Of a stretch of DNA of 64,000 nt, positions 47,107 through 57,509 are shown in pieces. Source of the stretch: Promethearchaeia archaeon. Lineage in GTDB: Archaea > Asgardarchaeota > Lokiarchaeia > Sigyniarchaeales > SOKP01. The stretch lies in the NCBI GenBank assembly GCA_029856125.1, contig JAHQWJ010000141.1, positions 18,053 through 82,052 on the forward strand. Direction: 5' to 3'. Numbering within the stretch: position 1 is the first letter of the stretch; every line of letters starts with the position of its first letter. Under the pieces are notes generated by a model. That model searched no databases. It saw nothing but the letters and a program-made list of their open reading frames with translations, and was not told the DNA's origin. A program made the translations under genes and the position numbers.

Positions 47107-48621
47107 TCAATCCCCCCATAAATTAAATTTTCCTCTACTTATTATTGATTTAGGGTCAAGATCCTTTTTTATTGATTTCATTAAATTATAATACTCTGGT
47201 GTGTAAGCTCCAATATCGACCATCAAACGAGACATAAAATCACCCATCATATACCACTGAACCCCGCTTTTTGTCACTCTTTCCAATAACGATTTCCAGA
47301 GCTTTAAACCTAACTCCTTGAGAATTTCATGATTTTCTCCATCGAAATAACTTCCAAAACTAGTAAAACCACACGTTATTTCTACATTATTTCCATCAAT
47401 TAACAATATTGGTCCACTCCCTGCAATCGGACGAGCTTTTGTAATATTTAAAATTGTTTGCATATCTTCATTATTTTCCATGTCCCATTGGTCGATATCG
47501 TTTAATATCTCAGGATATAAATTGATTGGACTAAAAGATTCTGCTGTTAATGGTTCCAGGCCAGGAGACATGCCCCATAAGTTATGATAGAATTGCCAAT
47601 GACCTTGTTCAGTATAATGCCATTTAGCCATGTTCCCGTCAGAAATTTCTGATCCTAAATTTTCTGTCTTATTATTTAGCATAATTTTATCTAATTGCTT
47701 TACTTTTTCCTCTAATTCTTTTTCCGAATTTGCTTCGATCGTATAAAAGATTACACCCCTCTTTTTTTTCAAGTTTTCCCAAAACGGAAACATTCCTTGC
47801 TCACAACCTATTCTAACAATTAGATCCATCATATACATAACATCGTAAACATCAATTCCCTTTTGCCTAATTTCAGTCATTATTTTTGCCGAAACTTGCC
47901 TTTCTTTTCGAGGTAATTGAAATGTTTTATATGCTGCGAATGGTGGTCTTGGAAATATTTGCAGCGAAACTTTAGTTTTCACGCCAAAAATACCATTGTC
48001 ACCACAGAAAAGCCCGGCTAAATCAGGACCATTACCAAATCGATTGAAAGGGAATTTAGAATACTTATTAGCTTGAGAACCCGTTTCAATGATTTCGCCC
48101 GTTGGAAGTACTACCTCCAACGAAACCAATTGATTAGTACAAGCTCCATACTTGGCACATCCTCCTCCACCTACTGAATGATGAGATATCCCGCCTCCTA
48201 CCGCCGCAGTCATTCCGGAACCCGGCCCCATACAACCCGTATAAAGTCCATAATGACACAAATATTCGTTTAATTTTCCCCAAGAAATTCCAGCTCCAAC
48301 GGTTACTATAAGATTTTCTTGGTCTAAATTGATAACCTCGTTCATTCTTTTCATATCTAGTACGATTCCGCCATCCCCTATTGGTTTGCTTCCCCCGAAT
48401 TCACAATCCCCACCTCCACGAGGTGTAACGGGGATATTTTCGATGTTTGCAATTTTAAGAATTTCTGCAATCTCTTGAGCATCTTTCGGTCTAATTACTA
48501 TATCAGGGACGCCTTGTAGAACGGGATCCACATTTCTTGAATAGGCGTGCCGGACATAAATACTATTAGAGATGTATTTCTCTTTCACGATATTTTCTAA
48601 TTTTTTATATACTTCAGACAA
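47107..48621 (-). CDS. FAD-binding oxidoreductase (GlcD/D-lactate dehydrogenase-like)
   Basis: PRGGG, KYG...V.SLEVVLPTG, GPDL..LF.G..G.FGV, K..LDP. Confidence 0.88.
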   Translation of the reverse strand: MSEVYKKLENIVKEKYISNSIYVRHAYSRNVDPVLQGVPDIVIRPKDAQEIAEILKIANIENIPVTPRGGGDCEFGGSKPIGDGGIVLDMKRMNEVINLDQENLIVTVGAGISWGKLNEYLCHYGLYTGCMGPGSGMTAAVGGGISHHSVGGGGCAKYGACTNQLVSLEVVLPTGEIIETGSQANKYSKFPFNRFGNGPDLAGLFCGDNGIFGVKTKVSLQIFPRPPFAAYKTFQLPRKERQVSAKIMTEIRQKGIDVYDVMYMMDLIVRIGCEQGMFPFWENLKKKRGVIFYTIEANSEKELEEKVKQLDKIMLNNKTENLGSEISDGNMAKWHYTEQGHWQFYHNLWGMSPGLEPLTAESFSPINLYPEILNDIDQWDMENNEDMQTILNITKARPIAGSGPILLIDGNNVEITCGFTSFGSYFDGENHEILKELGLKLWKSLLERVTKSGVQWYMMGDFMSRLMVDIGAYTPEYYNLMKSIKKDLDPKSIISRGKFNLWGD

Positions 48622-48706
48622 TTTTCTTAAACCTCTTCACTATTTAATATTCTAATTGTGTTAATTATCATTATTTTATTTATTTTCAAACTTTCTCATT
48701 TTTTAA

Positions 48707-49021
48707 TTATTCTTCAATACATTTCCATGAATCTGCAATTATATGATATTCAGCAAATTTATCACTAATTTTAACTTCAGGATTGTTGTATTCACTCTCT
48801 AGCTTCGTTACTTTCCCAGTTATTTCGATCTGACCTTCACAAGAAATCTGGTCCTTAGTATAAACTATAATTTGATAACTATCAGCTAAGTCGAAATAAT
48901 TCATGTGTGGATGAGAATCAATAAGAGCTGTCATATGTTGCCAGATTACTTTAGAAATTCTCCCTTTTACTTTAACTATATTTCCCACGTTTTCTTCAAG
49001 ATAAATCCTTTTACTAAACAT
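48707..49021 (-). CDS. Hypothetical protein (possible OB fold)
   Basis: 104-aa ORF with V.V.G...I.G.V beta-strand pattern. Confidence 0.55.
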   Translation of the reverse strand: MFSKRIYLEENVGNIVKVKGRISKVIWQHMTALIDSHPHMNYFDLADSYQIIVYTKDQISCEGQIEITGKVTKLESEYNNPEVKISDKFAEYHIIADSWKCIEE

Positions 49022-49055
49022 GTTTTTTACTTCTTTTTCTAATAATATTTACTTT

Positions 49056-50573
49056 TTATTTTTCTCCCCAAAAATTAAACTTTCCTCTACTTAAAACAAA
49101 TCGCGGATCAAGTGTTTTTTTAATTGATTTCAAGAATTGTAAGTACTCTGGCTGAAACGCTCCAATTTCGACCAATAGCCTACTTAGAATATCTCCTACC
49201 ATGTACCATGTTACTCCATGTTTAGTTATTCTTTCGAGTAGTGATTTCCATAGTTTGATGTTTAATTCTTTAAGAAATTCGTAATTTGTTCCATCAATAT
49301 AGCTTTCGAAGCTTGTAAATCCCGTTGTTAACTCAACATTGTGATCTCCGATCAAAATTATTGGACCTGCTCCAGAAATTGGTCGCATTCCTGAAACTTC
49401 TAAAATTTGTTCCATTTCTTTAGAGTGCTCAAAATCCCAAAGGTCTACATCTTTTAAAATCTCGGGATAGGCAGTAATTGGCGTGTGACATTCTGCGTCT
49501 AATGCTGTAAAGCCAGGGACTAATCCCCATAAATTATGAGCAATTAACCAATGTCCTTGCTCTTCGTAGTGCCATTTCCCTATGTTCCCGTCTGCAATTT
49601 CTGGACCTAATTCTTCTGCTTTATTTTGGAGAAAAATCTTGTCTAATTGTTTAACTTTCTCTTCAAGTTCTATTTCTGAGTTAGCTTCTACGGTGTAAAA
49701 CATAGTGCCCCTCTTTCTCTTTAAATTTTCCCATAAAGGAAAAATTCCTTTTTCTGTGCCTACTCTTACTAATAAATCCATAAAATACATCGAATCGTAA
49801 ACATCAATCCCTTTAAGCCTAAATTCTGTAAAAATTTTTGCTGATATTTCTTCAGATTTTCGAGGCATGAGAAATGTTTTATAAGCCGCAAATGGAGGTT
49901 TTGGAAAAATTTGTAATGATACTTGGGTTTTCACTCCAAAAATTCCGTTATCACCACAAAAAAGGCTAGCAAAGTCAGGACCGTTTCCAAACCTATTAAA
50001 CGGCAATTTTGAATATTTGTTTGCTTGCGAACCTGTTTCAATAATTTCCCCCGTTGGTAGAACAACCTCTAAAGAAACTAATTGATTCGTACATGACCCA
50101 TATTTAGCACATCCCCCGCCTCCAACTGATTGATGAGAGATACCGCCTCCAATTGAAGCAGTCAGTCCGGATCCAGGACCTAAACACCCCGTATATAATC
50201 CGAAATTGCATAAATAATCGTTCAATTTCCCCCACGATATGCCTGCCTCGACTGAAACAATTAGATTTTCTTGATCCAGATTAATTACATTATTCATTCG
50301 CTTTAAATCCAAGACAATTCCACTATCGCCAATAGGTTTGCTGCCACCGAATTCACAGTCCCCACCTCCACGAGGTATCACAGCTATATCTTCCTCGTTG
50401 GCAACCTTAAGAATTTCAGAAATTTCTTGAGCGTCCTTTGGTCTTATAACGATATCTGGAACACCTTGTAATACGGGGTCTACAGTCCTCGAATAAGCGT
50501 GTCTTACATATAGATTATTTGAAATGCAGTTTTTTGATACAATCTTTTCAAGTTTTTGATATAATTCTGGCAA
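49056..50573 (-). CDS. FAD-binding oxidoreductase (paralog of 47107-48621)
   Basis: Colinear with and highly similar to 47107-48621. Confidence 0.88.
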   Translation of the reverse strand: MPELYQKLEKIVSKNCISNNLYVRHAYSRTVDPVLQGVPDIVIRPKDAQEISEILKVANEEDIAVIPRGGGDCEFGGSKPIGDSGIVLDLKRMNNVINLDQENLIVSVEAGISWGKLNDYLCNFGLYTGCLGPGSGLTASIGGGISHQSVGGGGCAKYGSCTNQLVSLEVVLPTGEIIETGSQANKYSKLPFNRFGNGPDFASLFCGDNGIFGVKTQVSLQIFPKPPFAAYKTFLMPRKSEEISAKIFTEFRLKGIDVYDSMYFMDLLVRVGTEKGIFPLWENLKRKRGTMFYTVEANSEIELEEKVKQLDKIFLQNKAEELGPEIADGNIGKWHYEEQGHWLIAHNLWGLVPGFTALDAECHTPITAYPEILKDVDLWDFEHSKEMEQILEVSGMRPISGAGPIILIGDHNVELTTGFTSFESYIDGTNYEFLKELNIKLWKSLLERITKHGVTWYMVGDILSRLLVEIGAFQPEYLQFLKSIKKTLDPRFVLSRGKFNFWGEK

Positions 50574-50668
50574 GTCTTAAATCCTTTTAATTATGGATTA
50601 AAATAATTTATATTGGAAAGCTTCAACTACTTAAATGTATCTCAATTATTACTTATGGTCTTAGAAAA

Positions 50669-51250
50669 TTGTATTTGAGTAAAAAATATCTATTTATTAC
50701 TTTAGCAGTAATAATCTTAATATTTCCATTATTTTTTGGCATTTACACTGAATTTCTGATCATAAATGATTTTACTCTTTTTATTCTGGCATATTTACTA
50801 ATAGGATTTGTATTCCTTTTGGTTTTAGGAAAAGTGATGGAACATTTTATGTACAAAGGAGCAAACAAAGAAATTATGAAACATCACGATGTAATTAACG
50901 CTCTATTGAATAAAAATGGTAAAATCATCTTACTTGTTTTTTTTCCTCTGACTATGATAATGGAAGAATTCATTTTTCGCTATTATCTCATGGGGTTATT
51001 ATTATTCCAGCTAAAGTTAGGGTTAATCTTAGCCATTTTAATTTCGAGCTTAGTTTTTTCTCTCTATCATCTACATATCTGGTTTAAATTCAAAAATTTA
51101 AAAATCTTGATATCTTATCTCATATCCTCCTTTCTATTAGCAATCTATAACGGATATCTTCTTATAACGCTTGGAATATTTGCGTGTATCATAGTTCATA
51201 CTATTTTAGTATTTATTTTGTATTACAATCTTTACAAAAAACTTTCTTAA
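50669..51250 (+). CDS. CPBP (CAAX) family intramembrane protease
   Basis: EEFIFR, FSLYH, H; hydrophobic. Confidence 0.8.
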   Translation: MYLSKKYLFITLAVIILIFPLFFGIYTEFLIINDFTLFILAYLLIGFVFLLVLGKVMEHFMYKGANKEIMKHHDVINALLNKNGKIILLVFFPLTMIMEEFIFRYYLMGLLLFQLKLGLILAILISSLVFSLYHLHIWFKFKNLKILISYLISSFLLAIYNGYLLITLGIFACIIVHTILVFILYYNLYKKLS

Positions 51251-51302
51251 TATTCTCTGATTATTGTTTCTATAATTAGGTTATTTATTATTAATTGAAA
51301 TT

Positions 51303-52175
51303 ATGAAATTATATTTCCGAGATTTAACAAAAAAAGATATTCCAGCAATCTTAGACATCAGCAAAGATATATGGGAAGGTGATGATTATATTCCTGATGT
51401 TATAGAGAGGTGGTTAAATGAAAAAGACAACTTGGCTTACGGGGCTTTTCTTGAAGAAGAAATGAAGGAATTAATTGGACTTGGAAGAGTTAAGATGTTT
51501 CCTAATGAAGTAGCTTGGTTAGAGGGTGGTCGAGTGAAGATAACTCATCAAAAGCAAGGAATAGGACGCGATTTAATGAAGTATGCAATAGACTACGCGA
51601 TTCAAGCAGGTGCTAAAGTCGCTCAATACGATACATCTTCTAGAAATTTTGGTTCGAAATCTTTAGCAAAATTTCACGGATTTGAAGAGAAAAAAAGGAT
51701 GGAAGTCTTAGAATGTAAGATAAGCGAATTAAAGCTGAAAATAAGTGATTTTTCTCAAATACGGAAAATAACTAACGAAGAGGCAAAAAGTAAATATAAA
51801 AAAATGGATATTGGCCCTGGAGATGAATTAAATATAGGCTGGTCTTATATTCCGCTATCAAGTTTAGAAGACAAAAACTCTGTATGGTTAACTAATTCTG
51901 AAGCAATACTACAAAAAATAGATATTAAGAGTCGTGCTCAACTGGAAAATCCTGGGGAAAATGAATTATGGATTATAGTTTACGGTGATCCATTAGCCGC
52001 TTGTAAATTAATATCTTATACATTAAGCTTCGAAATTGATAAAAATGAAATCGATTTAGTTGAGCTTTACTGTAAGGCTGAAATAGTAGAGCATGTAAAA
52101 GAATTAGGGTTTAAGGATCCCTCTTGGGAAGACGAACCCGTAGCGGTTGTGCTTTATGAAAAAAAAATTAAGTAA
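51303..52175 (+). CDS. GNAT family N-acetyltransferase
   Basis: DYIP.V...W, WLEGGRV...QKQGIG. Confidence 0.82.
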   Translation: MKLYFRDLTKKDIPAILDISKDIWEGDDYIPDVIERWLNEKDNLAYGAFLEEEMKELIGLGRVKMFPNEVAWLEGGRVKITHQKQGIGRDLMKYAIDYAIQAGAKVAQYDTSSRNFGSKSLAKFHGFEEKKRMEVLECKISELKLKISDFSQIRKITNEEAKSKYKKMDIGPGDELNIGWSYIPLSSLEDKNSVWLTNSEAILQKIDIKSRAQLENPGENELWIIVYGDPLAACKLISYTLSFEIDKNEIDLVELYCKAEIVEHVKELGFKDPSWEDEPVAVVLYEKKIK

Positions 52176-52212
52176 AGTACTAATTGATTGAAAATAAAAT
52201 AAAAAAAGGAAA

Positions 52213-53943
52213 TTACATCTTTCTTAAAGCTTTTTTATCGACTTTGCCTACTGTTGTTAATGGCAATTGAGCTAGAAATTCAATAATTTTGGGAACTTTA
52301 TATTTTGCTAAATTGTCTTGAGCATATTTTAAAATATCTGCTTTAACTACTTCAGAAGCTTGGTAACCTTCTTTAAGCAGCACATACAATTTAACTATTT
52401 CTGAACCAGGACGATCTGAGTCTGGGATTCCAACAGTTGAACATAACTCAATTGCGGGATGTTTATTCATCTTGTCGTCAACTTCCACGCTAAATACTTT
52501 AAATCCACTTACAATTATCATGTCTTTTGTTCGATCAACTATTCTAATATATCCATCCTCATCCATCACACCTACATCACCAGAATAAAACCATCCATTT
52601 ACAAGAGCATTTTCAGTTTCTTTTGGTTTATTCCAATATCCTTTAAATATCTGAGGGCCTCTAATAGCAATCTCACCTGGTGTCTCTATAGGAACTTCCT
52701 TATTTCGGTCTGTAACATCTACTAATTTTACTTCAGTGTTAGGAAGCGGAACTCCTACAGTTCCGATTTTCTTCTCTCCAAGGTAGGGATTGAAAGTTAC
52801 TCCTGGAGATGCTTCTGTCATTCCATAAGCTTCCATGATTTTTCCTCGACCTATAACAGCTTCAAATTCATTTATACTTTTAGTAGGGAAAGGAGCCGCG
52901 CCAGATATACACCCTATAACAGAGCTTAAATCTAATTTTTTAAATTTCCGATTTTTTAGAAGCAACATATAAAGTGTTGGAACATTATACAATAGTGCAA
53001 TCTTTCCTTCATATTCTTTCATTTTACCAGTCATATAATTTGTATCTCGTGGATCAGGAACTAAAATTTGAGCAGCACCCATAAACACACTCTGAAGGCA
53101 AAATTGTAAACCCGCTAAATGGAAAAAAGGAAACCCTGACATGTAAATGTCTTCACCGGGATTAGCACCCGGTTCAAACCAATGAGCTACTATTTGCATT
53201 ATTTGTATTAAATTTCGATGAGTTAATATCGCCCCCTTAGGAGGACCAGTCGTTCCACCAGTGTATTGAAGTAATAAAACATCTTCTGGACCTATTTCAA
53301 CATCAGGAGATTTATCATTTGGATATTTCTCCACAATATCTTTAAAGGCATAGTATTTGATACTATTAATTGGTTCAACTTTTCCAGAAGGGATTTTTCC
53401 TATTTTAATTAGTTGTTCTTTCATAGCGGGTTCTAAATCCATAACATCAGCTACATTAGTAGTAATCACAATTTTTACATCTGTGTCCCCCGTTTGAAGC
53501 GCTTCCCTTACTTTCTCTTCGTAAAAAGAGTCTAAAGTAATTATCGCAACCGCCCCACTGTCTTTTAACTGATACCTTATTTCATTTGGTTGCAATAAAA
53601 AGTTCATCCCTGAAGCAGCGCATCCAGCGTAAAAAGTTCCAAATAGCGCTACGATAAATTGGGGAAGATTTGGTAAATTTATTACTACGCGTTCTCCTTT
53701 TTTTACTCCATTCTCAAAAAGAAAGTTAGAAAAACTGTTAATATATTTTTCTGCTTCTTTAAAAGTCGCACAAGAACCTTGAAAATCGTAGCATAAACTA
53801 TTAGGGAATTTATTAACCGTACGTTTCATCATTTCTGCTACAGAATAATACTCTAGATCAATATTTGGTTTTACATGAGCATCGTAAGATTTTATCCATA
53901 TTTTTTCCGAATATGGACTCTTTTTGGTATTTTCACGTGTCAT
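52213..53943 (-). CDS. Long-chain fatty-acid--CoA ligase
   Basis: YTGGTTG.PKG, YGMTE, SGD, DRTKD, VGK. Confidence 0.92.
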   Translation of the reverse strand: MTRENTKKSPYSEKIWIKSYDAHVKPNIDLEYYSVAEMMKRTVNKFPNSLCYDFQGSCATFKEAEKYINSFSNFLFENGVKKGERVVINLPNLPQFIVALFGTFYAGCAASGMNFLLQPNEIRYQLKDSGAVAIITLDSFYEEKVREALQTGDTDVKIVITTNVADVMDLEPAMKEQLIKIGKIPSGKVEPINSIKYYAFKDIVEKYPNDKSPDVEIGPEDVLLLQYTGGTTGPPKGAILTHRNLIQIMQIVAHWFEPGANPGEDIYMSGFPFFHLAGLQFCLQSVFMGAAQILVPDPRDTNYMTGKMKEYEGKIALLYNVPTLYMLLLKNRKFKKLDLSSVIGCISGAAPFPTKSINEFEAVIGRGKIMEAYGMTEASPGVTFNPYLGEKKIGTVGVPLPNTEVKLVDVTDRNKEVPIETPGEIAIRGPQIFKGYWNKPKETENALVNGWFYSGDVGVMDEDGYIRIVDRTKDMIIVSGFKVFSVEVDDKMNKHPAIELCSTVGIPDSDRPGSEIVKLYVLLKEGYQASEVVKADILKYAQDNLAKYKVPKIIEFLAQLPLTTVGKVDKKALRKM

Positions 53944-54130
53944 TTTTTATCAAATTTTAATATTTTTTCAATATAATTAACGAAATTCGATAATAACTTC
54001 ATTGTCACAACGCTATTTAAAACTAATCATCAGATATCATCCACTAACAGTTATAATAGTTAATTTCAGGAAAGCTTATAAGATAAATAAAAAAAAAGTT
54101 TGAATTATTTATTTACATATCCAAAATACC

Positions 54131-54442
54131 CTAGCCCTTTACTTTCTTAGCCAATTGAACAGCTATAGGGATTAATTCTTTGGTATCCATTGCTGGTTCG
54201 ATTTTAAAGAATTTAAATATTCCTGGTTTAGCAATTCTCCATGCGTTAACATTATTCATTAGAGCTTCAACGCTTTCTGCTTCTGAAACTGAAATACCCC
54301 ATAATCCAGGGGCCATATACCACGCAAGAGTTTCAACCCCTTCGGCAGGATATAATTTTCTTTTCATAAGATCTACTCCGATTTCCGCTAATGCAGACGG
54401 ATCAAATTCTGGGTTAAGTTCAAAATAACTTATAAATCTCAT
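54131..54442 (-). CDS. Small hypothetical protein (DUF3303-like dimeric alpha/beta barrel)
   Basis: P.GV....W....G....EA.S....W....F...PA pattern. Confidence 0.55.
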   Translation of the reverse strand: MRFISYFELNPEFDPSALAEIGVDLMKRKLYPAEGVETLAWYMAPGLWGISVSEAESVEALMNNVNAWRIAKPGIFKFFKIEPAMDTKELIPIAVQLAKKVKG

Positions 54443-54598
54443 TATTTTTCAATTTATTTTTGTATTTTAATTAGATTTCAGAGATGCAATTTTATGAATT
54501 ACATCAATTCTATGCTAATGCAATTAATTATTTAAATTTTACATTAATGTATGCGTTGATCATTAACTCAGTTAAAAAAAAGAAAAAAAAGAAAAAAA

Positions 54599-55132
54599 TT
54601 AGTATTGTTCTACTTCAACTTCAGTAGATTTATATCCTTTTCCACAAAAAACACAATAAGCAGTTCCATTTTCTTTCAATTGTTCAAGCATCCTCTCGGT
54701 ATATTGACTTCCACACTCACTGCAAAACACAGCATCAGGCTGAACAATTTGAATTTCTTTCTGCATTGGTTTAATAATCTCTTGTTCCTCGTAAGATTGT
54801 TGGGGAGCTTTTGATTGCTCACAACATTTTTTATCAGAGGATTCCTTGATAGGTTTAGGTTTACCAGAAATCTCATAATAAAGTTCTTCAAAAAGCTTAT
54901 AAAGACCAGTGAATATTCCTTTTAGTAAAAGATATACTCCTTTTAGGATATAGTAAACTAAATAAGCCACTCCTTTAAGTGTATAGTATACAATGATTAC
55001 TGATAGGATTATCGCACCAACTACAGCCATTATTACGAAAACTTGAGCGTATATGGGTAAGGCCAAAAACCAAGTTATAGTCTCTTGCCAATACAATAGA
55101 GCTTGATCTGCTATTTGATTCCAATCAACCAT
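54599..55132 (-). CDS. Membrane protein with a C-terminal Zn ribbon
   Basis: N-terminal TM; FCSECG...YCVFCG. Confidence 0.65.
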   Translation of the reverse strand: MVDWNQIADQALLYWQETITWFLALPIYAQVFVIMAVVGAIILSVIIVYYTLKGVAYLVYYILKGVYLLLKGIFTGLYKLFEELYYEISGKPKPIKESSDKKCCEQSKAPQQSYEEQEIIKPMQKEIQIVQPDAVFCSECGSQYTERMLEQLKENGTAYCVFCGKGYKSTEVEVEQY

Positions 55133-55263
55133 TTTTAATCACTTCTCTCATTCATTTTTATTACTTATATTTTAATTAAAAGAAGTCTGAAGTCAATTAT
55201 AAAAAAAATGGAGTCCAGTTTTTAGGTCTATTTTTAAATAAAATTGAAAGATATTTATAGCCG

Positions 55264-56676
55264 TTAAATTTCAGTATTTTTATTCAGATTTTTGTTTGAT
55301 TTACTAAAATCATACATAAATTTAAACGCCTTTATTGCATGGCTTATCTGAGTCATTATTGGAATTTTATATTTATCCGAATGTTTTAAAAAGTACTCAA
55401 GAACCCAACGGGAACCAAAAACACAAGTAATAACTGGTTTATTCAGCCCATTTGAAAGATTTCTCATTTCCCTCAAGTGTGGTGTTATCGGTATAGAAAA
55501 TGTTTCTAAAGGTTTTTGAGGAACAGCGAAAATGTGTAGTAAAGCATCTACACTGTCATCGTTTAATATTGCTTTTAACGATTGACTAAAAGTCGTAAAT
55601 AAAGAAGGGCCCAAATCGACAGGATTCTTCAAGGATGTCCAATTGGGTGAGATAGATTTCATCTCTTTGATTGTAGACTCACTTAAAACTGCAAGTTTTA
55701 GTCCTAGTTTTTCAATTTCGTCGCATGCTAATATACCTAAACTTCCAGAAGATGTAATTATTGCGATATTCTTTCCTTTAGGTAAGGGTTGAGTAGCAAA
55801 TACTTGAGCGATATCAAACATCTCGTAAAAGTTATTTACGCGATAAATGCCGGAATATTGTTTGAAAATTGCATCGTAAATTTTATCGTCTCCAGCGATA
55901 GAGCCAGTGTGACTCTTTATTGCGTTAGAACCAATTTCGCTGCGACCATTTTTTAGAATCAAAACAGGTTTAGTCAATTTTTTTAATATTTCTATTAACT
56001 TTGGTCCTCGTTTCACGCCTTCTAAATAAACAGTTATTACATTAGTATTTGTATCTTTCTCAAGATACTCCAGCATATCAATCTCATCAACATCTACTTT
56101 GTTTCCAAGAGTTATAGTTTTCGAAAAACCAATATTCTGACTCGCTGACCATTCAACGAATATATTTCCTAACACACCTGATTGTGCAATGATAGAGATA
56201 GTGCCCCCTTCTATAGATTGATCAAAATCTATTTCTGTGGTCGTAAATTTGTTGTTAAAATTAGTAACACCCACGCAATTAGGACCAATTATTCTTACAT
56301 TCGAGTTTTTAGCGATTACCTCTATTTCTTCTTGGATTTTAACAAATTTTTCGATACCTGTTTCAGCAAAGCCGGCAGTTTCTATAATTATTCCTTTAAC
56401 TCCTTTTTTGACAGAATCCTTCACTATTTGAAGCACGTATTCATTCCTTACTACGACAATTGCTAATTCGATAGCATCTGGTATATCATTAATATTTTTG
56501 AACACTTTATGACCAAAAACAATATCTTTATTTGTATTTACGGGATATGTTTTAAAATTCGAATTCAATAAATATTTTGTCATTGTATAACCAAATTTGA
56601 AGGTATCTGAGGCACCAACAATAGCAATAGATTTAGGGTTAAAGAAAACATCTAAATCAGTTATTTGATCGTTCAT
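55264..56676 (-). CDS. ADP-forming acetate/acyl-CoA ligase alpha-type (CoA-binding) protein
   Basis: FFNPKSIAIVGAS, GFAE, GPNC.G, QSG, GNK.D, SHTGS. Confidence 0.9.
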   Translation of the reverse strand: MNDQITDLDVFFNPKSIAIVGASDTFKFGYTMTKYLLNSNFKTYPVNTNKDIVFGHKVFKNINDIPDAIELAIVVVRNEYVLQIVKDSVKKGVKGIIIETAGFAETGIEKFVKIQEEIEVIAKNSNVRIIGPNCVGVTNFNNKFTTTEIDFDQSIEGGTISIIAQSGVLGNIFVEWSASQNIGFSKTITLGNKVDVDEIDMLEYLEKDTNTNVITVYLEGVKRGPKLIEILKKLTKPVLILKNGRSEIGSNAIKSHTGSIAGDDKIYDAIFKQYSGIYRVNNFYEMFDIAQVFATQPLPKGKNIAIITSSGSLGILACDEIEKLGLKLAVLSESTIKEMKSISPNWTSLKNPVDLGPSLFTTFSQSLKAILNDDSVDALLHIFAVPQKPLETFSIPITPHLREMRNLSNGLNKPVITCVFGSRWVLEYFLKHSDKYKIPIMTQISHAIKAFKFMYDFSKSNKNLNKNTEI

Positions 56677-56844
56677 AATTTAATTTGTCCCTTTAAAAAG
56701 AATATATAAAAGATTGTAATTTATTGAACTTAAAATTTAGTTTTGAATGTTGAAACTATATTGTTTTCGAAATTAGGGGTATTTATATTCTAAGACGTAA
56801 ATAAATGGTAAGACGAAAAATTAATTTATTTTTTTTAAAATTGT

Positions 56845-57399
56845 ATGGAAGCAATAACAACTCATAAATATATTCAAGTTATTTGTCCTGTCTGTAAGTC
56901 GAAAGATGTTATACAAATTCCTAAATCAGTGATAAATAATGCAACGCAACTAACTACCGTATCAGTACCAAAAGGTAAAATTTGCCAACACCATTTTCAA
57001 TTGTTTTTAGACAAAAATTTTGTAATAAGAGGGTACCAAAAAGTAGATTTCCAACTAAACCAAAAGAAGGATAAACAAGATAAGTTTGATTCTAAAAAAC
57101 ACTTTGTTGACAGTTTAGAGCTCTATAAATCCAATGTTTTAGATAAGACTAACCCTAAAACTATACCAAGAAAGCCAGATATTTATATGGATAAGAAATT
57201 TGTTGATTTAAAAGTTAAGATTAAATCTAAAATGACTTTAAAGGAAATTTACAATGAATTTTGGGAATTTATAGACGAAAACAACGAAACATTTCGAAAA
57301 TTCATTCTGAAAGATAGAAGAAGAAGGGTAATTTTAAGCATGAATGATTTTTCGCAAAAAACCGAGAATCAACTACTTGAAATTTCTCCTAAAAACTGA
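56845..57399 (+). CDS. Hypothetical protein with an N-terminal Loki-type Zn-ribbon domain
   Basis: CPVC...CQHHF...D....RGYQ.VDF; related to 17472-18323. Confidence 0.7.
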   Translation: MEAITTHKYIQVICPVCKSKDVIQIPKSVINNATQLTTVSVPKGKICQHHFQLFLDKNFVIRGYQKVDFQLNQKKDKQDKFDSKKHFVDSLELYKSNVLDKTNPKTIPRKPDIYMDKKFVDLKVKIKSKMTLKEIYNEFWEFIDENNETFRKFILKDRRRRVILSMNDFSQKTENQLLEISPKN

Positions 57400-57509
57400 A
57401 TTATTGATAATTTAGGTAAGAAGTTTTTTATAAAAATTAGGCTATATATCTTTTAGTTAGTTTTTAAATCTTAAAATTTTTAGAATATTTCTTTTGAGAG
57501 CTTGGCTTA

